DNA of 28,292 nucleotides from a virus. Its lineage: Duplodnaviria > Caudoviricetes. The position numbers were made by a program, and so were the translations under genes. Below the pieces are notes generated by a model. The model was not told where the DNA came from. It did no database searches and was given only the letters and a program-made list of their open reading frames with translations. Positions 9,078-17,157 of this stretch are shown one piece after another (the stretch's first letter is position 1; each line of letters opens with the position of its first letter). The DNA lies in IMG/VR virus record IMGVR_UViG_3300042446_000347, positions 1 through 28,292 of that record; one strand, written 5' to 3'.

Positions 9078-9312
9078 TATGACAGTGCTTGAAGGAATTG
9101 TTGAAGAGGTCGCACAAGAATTATATCAGAAGCTTTGGAATGCAATTCCAGCTGAAGAGCAAACTGAAGATTCATCTAGAGCAATTGGATTAAACTCAAG
9201 AGAGACTACTCTTTTTGTAATTCAAAACTTTATGAATAAGTTTAATGCAGCAGCAGAAGAGCTAAAGGATCAAGAAGGGGTCTTGACACCTGAAGTACAT
9301 ATAGTAAAATAA
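9070..9312 (+). CDS. Hypothetical protein
   Basis: TTG start with GGAGG RBS. Confidence 0.7.
   Translation: MANMTVLEGIVEEVAQELYQKLWNAIPAEEQTEDSSRAIGLNSRETTLFVIQNFMNKFNAAAEELKDQEGVLTPEVHIVK
9283..9310 (+). promoter_or_regulatory. Promoter TTGACA-N16-TAAAAT, leaderless
   Basis: ATG 9317 follows the -10 after 6 nt. Confidence 0.65.
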
Positions 9313-9316
9313 GACT

Positions 9317-9787
9317 ATGCAAACATTCTTACCAGAGGCGGACTTTCAGGATACTGCAAAGCACCTTGATCGTAAAAGATTAATTAAGCAAAGTGTTGAA
9401 AACTTACAGATTCTAAAATCTCTTTCAGGGATGTATGAGTCTGGAGCTTGGAAAAATCATCCAGCAGTCAAAATGTGGCGGGGACACGAAGATTGGTTGT
9501 TCCTGTACAATGAAGCCATCATTAGAGATATAATCCTACGTGGGTATAAGAATACAACTCACGCTCTCTTTGATGAGATTTATGAAGAGAACTTCTTGGG
9601 ATTAGAGTCAGATAAACCTTGGTGGCTAGGAGATAACAAGGTTCATTACACTCACAAGGGAAGATTGTATGAAAAGGATCCAGAGTTTTATTGGTTTTAC
9701 CAAGAGTTTGCGGACTACCGTGAATTAGGGTATACTTGTTGCGAATCATGCAGTTACTTTTGGCCAACTCATGTGGAGGACAAGTGA
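9317..9787 (+). CDS. Pyrimidine dimer DNA glycosylase / endonuclease V-like (MSMEG_6728 family)
   Basis: MQTFLP...LDRKRLxKQxVE...NHPAVKMWRG...PWWLG...YFWP. Confidence 0.88.
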   Translation: MQTFLPEADFQDTAKHLDRKRLIKQSVENLQILKSLSGMYESGAWKNHPAVKMWRGHEDWLFLYNEAIIRDIILRGYKNTTHALFDEIYEENFLGLESDKPWWLGDNKVHYTHKGRLYEKDPEFYWFYQEFADYRELGYTCCESCSYFWPTHVEDK

Positions 9788-10086
9788 ATATAACCGATAA
9801 TGATTTTGAGAAAACAATTAAAGAAAACGATCTTGTACTTGTAGATTTTTGGGCGGATTGGTGTGGACCATGTAAAAAGGTTTCTCCCATTCTAGATGAA
9901 ATCTCAGAGGAATTTGGATTAACTGTAGCTAAGCTAGACGTTGATGCAAATCCTTTAAAATCAGCAGAATATCAAGTTGGATCAATTCCAACAATGATTC
10001 TGTTTGAAAATGGAGTTCCAATGAAAACCATAATTGGAGCAAAACCAAAGCATCTAATGCTTAAAGAACTTGAAGAATGGTTATAA
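9784..10086 (+). CDS. trxA: Thioredoxin
   Basis: DFWADWCGPC active site; GTG start after GGAGG. Confidence 0.95.
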   Translation: MNITDNDFEKTIKENDLVLVDFWADWCGPCKKVSPILDEISEEFGLTVAKLDVDANPLKSAEYQVGSIPTMILFENGVPMKTIIGAKPKHLMLKELEEWL

Positions 10087-10134
10087 TATTCTGTGATCAC
10101 AATAGACACAGAGAAATTAAGGAGAATAAATTAA

Positions 10135-11307
10135 ATGAACTCATTTAAGAAAATCGCTCTAGCCATGGTTGCAGCCATGACTTTGGGCACAATCGTAGCA
10201 ACACCTGCAAGTGCTGCTGTAATGACAGTGGCTGTATCGCTAAACGGAACTGCAAATACAACAAATTCCGCTATTGCTACACCTGCTGCATTGCCAGTAC
10301 CATCAGACAACAAGATTGATGCAACAGATGCACTTAGATTTGTTGCAACTGTTGACACAGGAACAGCAGTTACTGTATCAGCAACCAACGCAACAATCGT
10401 GTCTGCTCTACACTCAGATGCAGCACCAATTGGAGCATCGTCAGGATCATCATCTTTGACAATCGCAACAGGTACTGGAACAACTGCAACATTTTTTGTC
10501 TACACAAAGACAACAGCAATTGGTACAGTTACAGTTACTAACCAGGGAACTACTTTTACATACTATGTACAGGGTACTGCTGGACTAATTAACAACCTAT
10601 CAGTTTCTGCTCCAACAGCAGGTGCTGCTGGCACAAAGCATGATATTCTAGTTACAGCAACAGACGTATTTGGAAACAAGGTTTCTGGTAAGTCACTTAC
10701 TGCAACAGTATTTGCTGCAACAGCAGTCATGGATACGGCAACAGCAACAACTGGTGCTACACTTTCAGACTTTGGAGTAGCAACATTTAAGGCAACACTT
10801 CCAGCAATTGGAAATCGTTCACTTATTATGTTTGCTCCAACAACTGCTGGCGATGCATCAACCGCTGATGTGGTTGGTCTAACTGTTCGCACACTTGCAC
10901 CATTTGCAGAAATTGCAGTTCGTGATCTAGTATCAGAGCTTGCCGCACAAACTGCTGCTAAGGATGCAGCGATTGCTGCTAAGGATGCTGCAGATAAGGC
11001 TCTTGCTGATGCAAAGGTTGCTGCAGATAAGGCTCTTGCTGATGCAAAGGTTGCTGCAGATAAGGCTTTGGCTGATGCAAAGGCCGCTGCAGATGCTGCC
11101 CTTATTGCAGCAGTTAAGGTAGAGACAGATAAGGCTGCTGCTGCTAAGCTGGCATCAGATGCTGCTCTTGCTGCTAAGGATGCACAGATTGCTAAGATGA
11201 CAGCAGATAATGCTGCTGCTCTCGCTGCTTTGAAGAAGTCGTTCAACGCACTTGCTACAAAGTGGAACAAGAAGAACCCAAAGGCTAAGGTTACCTTAGT
11301 TAAGTAA
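10135..11307 (+). CDS. Secreted Thr/Ala-rich Ig-like surface protein with Ala-rich coiled-coil tail
   Basis: Signal peptide (…PASA/A); beta-strand-rich Thr/Val core with a TDVFGN motif; AADKALADAKV repeats; AAGGAG RBS. Confidence 0.75.
   Translation: MNSFKKIALAMVAAMTLGTIVATPASAAVMTVAVSLNGTANTTNSAIATPAALPVPSDNKIDATDALRFVATVDTGTAVTVSATNATIVSALHSDAAPIGASSGSSSLTIATGTGTTATFFVYTKTTAIGTVTVTNQGTTFTYYVQGTAGLINNLSVSAPTAGAAGTKHDILVTATDVFGNKVSGKSLTATVFAATAVMDTATATTGATLSDFGVATFKATLPAIGNRSLIMFAPTTAGDASTADVVGLTVRTLAPFAEIAVRDLVSELAAQTAAKDAAIAAKDAADKALADAKVAADKALADAKVAADKALADAKAAADAALIAAVKVETDKAAAAKLASDAALAAKDAQIAKMTADNAAALAALKKSFNALATKWNKKNPKAKVTLVK
10987..11094 (+). repeat. 33-nt coding tandem repeat x3 (AADKALADAKV)
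   Basis: GCTGCAGATAAGGCTCTTGCTGATGCAAAGGTT repeated with few substitutions. Confidence 0.92.
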
Positions 11308-11316
11308 TTAAATTAC

Positions 11317-11350
11317 GGTGGGGCGGGATAAACTCCCGCCCCATTTACTT
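11317..11350 (+). terminator. Intrinsic terminator
   Basis: TGGGGCGGGA-taaac-TCCCGCCCCA followed by TTTACTT. Confidence 0.8.
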
Positions 11351-11361
11351 AAGAAGGAATT

Positions 11362-11505
11362 ATGGGAAAACATTTAGATAAAATTCAAAAGGCTTTAGAG
11401 CAAAGAATTGCTGCAACACCTAACGGGGCTGGTTACAAAAAGCCTGGAAGTATGAATAAAAAGAAGACTGGCTATAGAGGACAAAAGGCCAAAGGTCCTA
11501 AATAA
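11362..11505 (+). CDS. Small basic protein, 47 aa (not in ORF track)
   Basis: AAGGA RBS; MGKHLDKIQKALEQR...KAKGPK. Confidence 0.7.
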   Translation: MGKHLDKIQKALEQRIAATPNGAGYKKPGSMNKKKTGYRGQKAKGPK

Positions 11506-11508
11506 TTA

Positions 11509-11631
11509 ATGATAGATATTGATAGATGTGAGATGCCTGGTTGTGCAAATGAAGCAACTAGGATAACCACCAGTCAGACTAAATACATAAATATATGTGA
11601 TAAGTGCTGGCACGACAAATACAAGTCTTAA
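11509..11631 (+). CDS. Small zinc-finger-like protein, 40 aa (not in ORF track)
   Basis: CEMPGC...CDKC. Confidence 0.65.
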   Translation: MIDIDRCEMPGCANEATRITTSQTKYINICDKCWHDKYKS

Positions 11632-11640
11632 ACAGGTAAA

Positions 11641-11649
11641 TGCTATAAT
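11641..11649 (+). promoter_or_regulatory. Extended -10 promoter (TGCTATAAT)
   Basis: Same element as 520-528; followed by a TAGATGG/CCATCTA hairpin and AGGAG RBS. Confidence 0.65.
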
Positions 11650-11706
11650 AGATACATAGATGGCATTCTAGACCCATCTAAATAACAAACCTATAGGAGA
11701 AATAAA

Positions 11707-11901
11707 ATGGACGGAATTAACACAGACGGATTCGCCAACACAGGCGAGCAATCAGGTTCAAACTCAATTGATGCAAAGTACGCACCAAACCCAGCTTCAG
11801 CATTCCCAGCAAAGGACATGTCACAGCAAGGTCCAGCAGGAACCACAAACAAGATGGTTCATACTGCAGCAGAGACATCAGCATTCGGCACAGGTAAGTA
11901 A
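11707..11901 (+). CDS. Small low-complexity hypothetical protein
   Basis: Strong RBS. Confidence 0.75.
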   Translation: MDGINTDGFANTGEQSGSNSIDAKYAPNPASAFPAKDMSQQGPAGTTNKMVHTAAETSAFGTGK

Positions 11902-11903
11902 TT

Positions 11904-12062
11904 ATGTGCGCTATGTGTGGATGCGGTTCAGAAGCATTCATGGGTGTAGAAATGCCTAATCAAAATGTATACGATGTAGGCGCAACTGGACTTGTTTCAA
12001 ATCCAGAAATGTTTGGCACAGAAAGCGAAACATGGAATAGAGAAATGGATTTAAACGCTTAA
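11904..12062 (+). CDS. 52-aa protein with N-terminal MCxxCGC motif (not in ORF track)
   Basis: MCAMCGCGSEAF...; TAATG overlap with next gene. Confidence 0.7.
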   Translation: MCAMCGCGSEAFMGVEMPNQNVYDVGATGLVSNPEMFGTESETWNREMDLNA

Positions 12063-12265
12063 TGTCAGATATTAATGGAACAGGAATGGAAGCTCCTCCC
12101 AACCCTACACCATCAGGTGCAGTAACAAGTAGAGAAGCAACACGAAAGAACCCAAAGCAAGGATTTAGATCAGGTATTAAAGTAGATACAAACAAGCATG
12201 GTATTCGTAGAGAAACAAGCTTGGCGCCAAAACCTCCAAAGAAAAATGGACGGAAGAAAGTATAA
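12062..12265 (+). CDS. Small basic disordered protein
   Basis: Coupled ORF with a Lys/Arg-rich C-terminus. Confidence 0.7.
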   Translation: MSDINGTGMEAPPNPTPSGAVTSREATRKNPKQGFRSGIKVDTNKHGIRRETSLAPKPPKKNGRKKV

Positions 12266-12326
12266 TTGATTATCTTAATGACAGCCCACATTTAATTATG
12301 TGGGTTTTCATTATTTAAGGAGACAT

Positions 12327-12509
12327 ATGTCAAGATACATGGATAAAGATTGGTTATATCAACAGTATGTAGTTCAAGAAAGATCGGTGGGGGAGATATC
12401 AGAAGACCTAAAAGTGCCAAGAGAGAAGATAGTCCTATGGCTAGATGAACATAAGATCTATCGTAACTGGAAAAGACCAAATATAAAACCAATTAGGAAA
12501 AGTGCTTGA
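12327..12509 (+). CDS. Small HTH-like DNA-binding protein
   Basis: AAGGAG RBS before ATG 12327; DKDWLYQQYV...SVGEISEDLKVPREKIVLWL pattern. Confidence 0.65.
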   Translation: MSRYMDKDWLYQQYVVQERSVGEISEDLKVPREKIVLWLDEHKIYRNWKRPNIKPIRKSA

Positions 12510-12534
12510 CGTAGCCAATAACATTTAGTATCAT
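12506..12534 (+). promoter_or_regulatory. Promoter TTGACG-N17-TATCAT, leaderless
   Basis: ATG 12541 follows the -10 after 6 nt. Confidence 0.7.
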
Positions 12535-12540
12535 TAAGAT

Positions 12541-12840
12541 ATGATTAAACCACTAGGAAATATTTTACTTGTTAAAAAGATTGAAAGTGCAGAAAAGACT
12601 ACAAAAACAGGGTTAGTCATTTCAGCAGCATTTACAGATACGGGCCCAACCCAAGGCACAGTAATTGCCATTGGAAATGGTGAGGCTAACTATAAGGGAG
12701 ATGTCATCCCAATTAATGATATTGATGTGGGAGATATAGTATTTTTCTCAGATCACGCAGGAACAGACATTGAAGACGAAGACGGAACAAAGTATATTCT
12801 TGTAAATTGCAAGAATGTTTTAGCTATTAAGGAGCAGTAA
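12541..12840 (+). CDS. groES: Co-chaperonin GroES (Cpn10)
   Basis: IKPLGN.LLV...KTTKTGLVI...GTVIAIGNG...VGDIV...VLAI. Confidence 0.92.
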   Translation: MIKPLGNILLVKKIESAEKTTKTGLVISAAFTDTGPTQGTVIAIGNGEANYKGDVIPINDIDVGDIVFFSDHAGTDIEDEDGTKYILVNCKNVLAIKEQ

Positions 12841-13235
12841 TGTCAAATCCAACAGTAACAATTGTGGGTAGAATTGGACAAGACCCAGAGGCGGTAGGCT
12901 CAAATGGACTACGTTTGCGAGTGGCAACAAATGATCGTGTTAAGAACGATTCAACTGGTGAATGGGAAGACAAGAACACCTCATGGTGGACTGTAAAGGC
13001 CTGGAAGCGCCTTGCAGAGCAGTCTAAGGACGTTTTAAAGAAGGGTCAGGAAGTAATCATTGTAGGCAAGGTCTATGAAGAAAACTGGACTGATAGAGAA
13101 GGCACAAAGCGTACCTCTTATGAGATCAATGCTGAATCAATTGCAGTAACTACATTCAGCTTATCTAAGTCATCAAGCACACCAAGCGACGATCAGTTCC
13201 CATCATATAAGAAGTTTGCAGAAGTTCCATTCTAA
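12840..13235 (+). CDS. ssb: Single-stranded DNA-binding protein
   Basis: VTIVGRIGQDPE...LKKGQEVIIVG...; C-terminal VPF tail. Confidence 0.92.
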   Translation: MSNPTVTIVGRIGQDPEAVGSNGLRLRVATNDRVKNDSTGEWEDKNTSWWTVKAWKRLAEQSKDVLKKGQEVIIVGKVYEENWTDREGTKRTSYEINAESIAVTTFSLSKSSSTPSDDQFPSYKKFAEVPF

Positions 13236-13264
13236 ATGAATAAGACAGGGGAGGTGCCATTATA

Positions 13265-13498
13265 ATGTGGTCATATGTATTAGCAGCCATCGGAGTTACT
13301 GGTATCTTCTTTGTTGGACGCAAGACAATATGGGGCTGGTTAATCCTATGTCTCAATGAGGTGCTATGGATTATTTATGCTGTAACAACTAAGCAATACG
13401 GATTTATATTTGCAGCAATAGCCTATGGCATTGTGTATGTTAAATCCTATCTCTTATGGAGACGGGAAGCGGAAAAGGTGTCCAGTAAAGATGAATAA
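13265..13498 (+). CDS. Small three-TM membrane protein (PnuC/SemiSWEET-like half)
   Basis: GRKTIWGW...LWIIYA...QYGF pattern; GGAGG RBS. Confidence 0.55.
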   Translation: MWSYVLAAIGVTGIFFVGRKTIWGWLILCLNEVLWIIYAVTTKQYGFIFAAIAYGIVYVKSYLLWRREAEKVSSKDE

Positions 13499-13655
13499 GT
13501 ACATATTTGTTTGCAAAGCTTGTGGTACAAAAATGACCTTTGAAACACATGTTTCAATGGGCTCATCCATAGGATGCGTTTGTGGCGGGTCAGCACGATG
13601 GATTGGATCTACAATTGATTCAAGCATTTACGAAAATCAGGTGGACTTTGAGTAA
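13491..13655 (+). CDS. Small zinc-ribbon protein
   Basis: YIFVCKACG...CVCG. Confidence 0.65.
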   Translation: MNKYIFVCKACGTKMTFETHVSMGSSIGCVCGGSARWIGSTIDSSIYENQVDFE

Positions 13656-13791
13656 GAAGCTAACTATCATTATTTTATCATTCGTAGGCATAGGGGCTAT
13701 TATCTACAACTATCTCATGCAGTTTAAAGACATGAGATTTAATTCATTTTATGATGATGATGAAAATGATGACTCATTTGATCGCAATTAG
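13648..13791 (+). CDS. Small single-TM protein with acidic tail
   Basis: TTG start; hydrophobic helix followed by an Asp-rich tail. Confidence 0.55.
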   Translation: MSKKLTIIILSFVGIGAIIYNYLMQFKDMRFNSFYDDDENDDSFDRN

Positions 13792-13824
13792 TGAAGCGAA
13801 AAAGTGCGGCGGGAGAGAGAAGAC

Positions 13825-13968
13825 ATGTTCAAAAACTTTCTAAATGGCATCATATGCAGATTTAAGGGCCATATCCTGACACAGGCAGGAACCTGCCCAT
13901 TTACTGGATCAACTTATGATCTATGTACCAGATGTTTAATAATGATTCCAATTCAGGAGGCGGTTTAA
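13825..13968 (+). CDS. 47-aa Cys/His protein (CxxxGH...CxRC, DUF1660-like; not in ORF track)
   Basis: ICRFKGH...CPF...CTRC; GGAG upstream. Confidence 0.6.
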   Translation: MFKNFLNGIICRFKGHILTQAGTCPFTGSTYDLCTRCLIMIPIQEAV

Positions 13969-13970
13969 AG

Positions 13971-14123
13971 ATGAGCGAATATTTAATTCCTTCAGAGATT
14001 GAACTAACTGATGATGAAATTGCCATGCTGAGAAGCCATGGTATAACTGTATGGGAGGCAGATAAGATGTCTAAAGAAGAGCTTGAGTCTGCCTACAACT
14101 GGGCAATTGAGAATGGATACTAA
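13971..14123 (+). CDS. Hypothetical protein
   Basis: AGGAGG RBS before ATG 13971. Confidence 0.7.
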   Translation: MSEYLIPSEIELTDDEIAMLRSHGITVWEADKMSKEELESAYNWAIENGY

Positions 14124-14124
14124 A

Positions 14125-14394
14125 ATGATTGATAGACTAGTTAACCTACTATTTTGGTGGACACCACTAAGACAGGCTATATTTGCAGAGGTTCATTTCT
14201 ATGACCACATAGATGAAGTTATGAATGAGCCTACAACTAACCTTACCTGGGAAGAGGGCGGGAAGTGGTATGGATATACCTACAATGAGATGCATAAGAT
14301 CTATCTATTTGATGATACAGGACATGAGAGCATGACTGATCTATGGGATGATCTCTGGAGAAGAGATATGGAGATGGGGCTAGGATACAAATGA
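14125..14394 (+). CDS. Hypothetical protein
   Basis: ATG just after the upstream stop. Confidence 0.65.
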   Translation: MIDRLVNLLFWWTPLRQAIFAEVHFYDHIDEVMNEPTTNLTWEEGGKWYGYTYNEMHKIYLFDDTGHESMTDLWDDLWRRDMEMGLGYK

Positions 14395-14477
14395 AGCCAT
14401 TTCTTATCATGCTCCTAGGGCTATTTATATTCCTTAACTACATGGCTTGGCTACAACAGCAAAACATGGGTCAATGA
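14391..14477 (+). CDS. 28-aa single-TM peptide
   Basis: ATGA overlap; MKPFLIMLLGLFIFLNYMAW. Confidence 0.5.
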   Translation: MKPFLIMLLGLFIFLNYMAWLQQQNMGQ

Positions 14478-14503
14478 CCCAAAGTGGGGCGGGAAGCCAA
14501 GAG

Positions 14504-14686
14504 ATGACCTATACCTATGGATGGAAATGTATATGCAAATCAGAGATGGAGATGCATATATCTAAACTAACATATATTCCTGAATGTCTACAATGTGGAG
14601 AGCTAATGTTTATGATGTACTCCATAGATCCAGATGGAGCTGTATGGATGAACAAGGCATTACTTTTGGAGGGGGGAGAAGAATGA
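14504..14686 (+). CDS. Small zinc-ribbon protein
   Basis: WKCIC...CLQCG; start uncertain. Confidence 0.6.
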   Translation: MTYTYGWKCICKSEMEMHISKLTYIPECLQCGELMFMMYSIDPDGAVWMNKALLLEGGEE

Positions 14687-14853
14687 AATACCTATTCTTA
14701 CCTATATCAACCATACTCTCTCTATATGTAGCAAATACATTTTATAGACTAATAGCAAGAAATGCACTCAATAGATCCTTACCCAAGGAGCGAAAGATTC
14801 CTATTAGGAAGATATTCTTGCTGCTTCCAGCAAAGCAATCCAAGAGGAAATAA
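14683..14853 (+). CDS. Small membrane-anchored basic protein
   Basis: ATGA overlap; GGAG RBS. Confidence 0.5.
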   Translation: MKYLFLPISTILSLYVANTFYRLIARNALNRSLPKERKIPIRKIFLLLPAKQSKRK

Positions 14854-15365
14854 GCTCCATACTCCTATATCCCCCCGCCCATAAACATGTCTTAAAACCC
14901 CCTTAGAAGCCCATTTTGACTGCATAGATATAAGGATCTATGAAATAAATTACTATTAATTAGTGTCAGGTTACTATCTATTTGTCGACATAGAGATATA
15001 TGTGTAATTGGGCAGCCTTTCCACATATCCCCACTTAATCCCATTTTGCTCCACATGTCCCCACATGCCTACATATTTCAGGGATTTTGTCAATACCCTC
15101 GTAAATATGCATATGTGCCCCCAATCTGTCAATATAAATGTCGACAATTTGTGACAAAATTTGGGCAGATTCTGCATACATTCTATCTAATTTAGTATAC
15201 ATTCTATATGTATTTAAATAGATTTGTCGACAATTTGCTACAACTTTCAGGGATTTTTTTACATATGTCGTAAAAGGGAAAACCTGCCCTCATACCCACA
15301 CATTTTGGACATGCAAAAAATCCACAAGATATAATTATCCTGTGGATCATTTGGGCAGTATGTGA

Positions 15366-15653
15366 TTATTTAGGCAAAGATAGGTTGTTGAATTGATACT
15401 TCTTTGTTATGCTTTGTATGGATTGATTGATTTCATTAGCAAGGAATAGTCCTTCTGATGTCCGCCCGTTTTCCCAATCGTTGCTATGTCGCTGGGCTTG
15501 GTATCTAATTGTTTTAACCATTAACTCAACAATGCGGTCAATGGTGTGGTATGGCTGGTCTGCTAGATAATGTGCAATGATTGATGAATTAAAGTAATGG
15601 TCGTCTGTTGCATTTGCTATCTGTTCTGCTAATTTGATTTCTGGAGTTTTCAT
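15366..15653 (-). CDS. Hypothetical protein
   Basis: ACGAAAGG leader; extended -10 TGaTAGAAT at 15683-15675. Confidence 0.8.
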   Translation of the reverse strand: MKTPEIKLAEQIANATDDHYFNSSIIAHYLADQPYHTIDRIVELMVKTIRYQAQRHSNDWENGRTSEGLFLANEINQSIQSITKKYQFNNLSLPK

Positions 15654-15690
15654 AGTTCCGCCTTTCGTCTGTAGATTCTATCACAATAGG

Positions 15691-15725
15691 GAAGGGCTGG
15701 CAACCTTGGAGTCGACCAGCCCTTC
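15691..15725 (-). terminator. Hairpin downstream of the Lsr2-like gene
   Basis: GAAGGGCTGG...CCAGCCCTTC 10-bp stem; weak U tract. Confidence 0.5.
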
Positions 15726-15737
15726 GATCTATGGTTG

Positions 15738-15887
15738 TTACTTAGCCTTTGTGACCTTTGGTTCTGCTGTGAAGGTTACGCCCTTTGAGAGAGCCTCCTG
15801 AAGAGCTACCTTAGCTGCGCCTGAGAAACGGCCACGAGCTCCTACTGTAATTCCTTGCTGCTTTAGATATTCACGCTTTGTTGTCAT
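15738..15887 (-). CDS. Stand-alone Lsr2-like DNA-binding domain, 49 aa (not in ORF track)
   Basis: MTTKREYLKQQGITVGARGRFSGAAKVAL resembles the Lsr2 C-terminal RxWAxxxGxxVxxRGR AT-hook-like core; GAAAGGGG RBS. Confidence 0.7.
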   Translation of the reverse strand: MTTKREYLKQQGITVGARGRFSGAAKVALQEALSKGVTFTAEPKVTKAK

Positions 15888-15921
15888 TTGTTATCCCCTT
15901 TCAAGAGATTGATTTGTATTT

Positions 15922-15950
15922 ATTATATCAACTATTTACGAATTTGTAAA
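15922..15950 (-). promoter_or_regulatory. SigA-type promoter TTTACA-N17-TATAAT
   Basis: Upstream of the Lsr2-like ORF. Confidence 0.65.
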
Positions 15951-15999
15951 TAGGTTCCAGCCGATATTTAATTGTGTTCGTAAGATGATTTTTCCGCCC

Positions 16000-16134
16000 C
16001 TACGAAATTTGTTCTACCCTATCTCTAATTAGTTTACTAATGATATTATGGGCTTCAATGTTCTCAGTCTCGCTGCCACCCCACAATAGCTTTTGGGCCT
16101 TGTTTAATTGATCATTGATGTACTCGTCACTCAT
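16000..16134 (-). CDS. Hypothetical protein, 44 aa (not in ORF track)
   Basis: MSDEYINDQLNKAQKLLWGGSE...; overlaps the upstream stop. Confidence 0.65.
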   Translation of the reverse strand: MSDEYINDQLNKAQKLLWGGSETENIEAHNIISKLIRDRVEQIS

Positions 16135-16438
16135 CCTCATCTTCGTCCTCCTCTTCCATATCAGGGTCTACGATGTAGTCCCGATTAATCATCCATTCAA
16201 GAACTTCTTCCTGATGTTGTTCCGCCCCATACTCTAGAGAGAATCCCTGGCCAGCCTCTACAGCCTCACACAGGTGCCCCCACATGTCGTCCATGGTTAC
16301 CTTTGCCTTGTAGTTGTCATCCTTTAAGATGTTGTCGATTGTAGACCAGGTCCACAGCCACACCATGGAGAGCCCAAGGTCGGTGGAATCCAAGATCTCT
16401 AGGCAAGCATTTAACTTATCTTTATCTTCAGGTTTCAT
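16127..16438 (-). CDS. Acidic hypothetical protein
   Basis: AGGAGG RBS; coupled. Confidence 0.8.
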   Translation of the reverse strand: MKPEDKDKLNACLEILDSTDLGLSMVWLWTWSTIDNILKDDNYKAKVTMDDMWGHLCEAVEAGQGFSLEYGAEQHQEEVLEWMINRDYIVDPDMEEEDEDEDE

Positions 16439-16680
16439 TACTCTCCTCCTACTACATTGATTGGGTCAAATTCAAACACTTCTTCTTCCTTCATATATAG
16501 TTCTTGCTCTTCATCATTTAGATATACATCTACTGGTTCAATTACATTGTCTTGCTCTATTAGATTCCATTTATCTGTAGTTAGTTTGTCAGCAAGGTCA
16601 TATGCCTCATATGAATCCTTTGCTTCTAATTCCACCCAATACATCATCATCTTTTCACCTAGCACTCTAAATGTTGGCAT
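16438..16680 (-). CDS. Acidic hypothetical protein
   Basis: TAATG overlaps at both ends. Confidence 0.8.
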   Translation of the reverse strand: MPTFRVLGEKMMMYWVELEAKDSYEAYDLADKLTTDKWNLIEQDNVIEPVDVYLNDEEQELYMKEEEVFEFDPINVVGGE

Positions 16681-16970
16681 TACAGGTGACCGTCCTTTCT
16701 ATTCTCTGTGCGAATTCCAATCGCAAATGATAGGTCGTATGTTAGTTTATATAGAGCAGTCAAGGAGTCAAGGAAGCCTTCACAGTATTTGCGTTCCATT
16801 GAGTCCATTGCCGAGCCTGACTCTTCTTCAATTTCTTGGGCCTTTTCTAGTTCTTTCTCCCAAATAAGCATAAGGTTTTTAAGTTCCCCGTGCATTATAT
16901 CTAATCCATTAATATCGTAATTAACCATACGTTGCAAATGGGGCGGGAGCCCAATGTCTTCATTATTCAT
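16680..16970 (-). CDS. Hypothetical protein
   Basis: AACGAAAGG leader and boxed promoter. Confidence 0.8.
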   Translation of the reverse strand: MNNEDIGLPPHLQRMVNYDINGLDIMHGELKNLMLIWEKELEKAQEIEEESGSAMDSMERKYCEGFLDSLTALYKLTYDLSFAIGIRTENRKDGHL

Positions 16971-17157
16971 TATTATACCTTTCGTTAGTAGAGTTCATTA
17001 TATCAGTTGCCACTGACAATAAATGCTTGGTTGCCTCAATTTGTCCTGCTACAACACATCTAGAATGCTCATCATTTATAGAAAGCTTTTCCTTGTCTTG
17101 TTCAAGACTAATTAGATGAAGCTTCATATATTCTAGGAAATGAGATGACTTAGTCAA
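16963..17157 (-). CDS. Hypothetical protein (TTG start; 3' end runs through the next promoter)
   Basis: GGAGG upstream of TTG 17157. Confidence 0.6.
   Translation of the reverse strand: MTKSSHFLEYMKLHLISLEQDKEKLSINDEHSRCVVAGQIEATKHLLSVATDIMNSTNERYNNE
16997..17018 (-). promoter_or_regulatory. TGTCAG-N10-TATAAT promoter
   Basis: Copy 1 of 13. Confidence 0.8.

Noticed and set aside
10563-11270. 235-aa minus-strand ORF
   Set aside because: It is an antisense shadow of the Ala-rich + strand gene.
14974-15177. 67-aa minus-strand ORF in the convergence spacer
   Set aside because: It has no clear RBS, has atypical composition and overlaps repeats, so it is likely spurious.
15675-15702. Fourteenth TGTCAG-box promoter (TGCCAG variant)
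   Set aside because: Spacing to the -10 is not 10 nt, and the sequence is part of a hairpin; an extended -10 explains this promoter.
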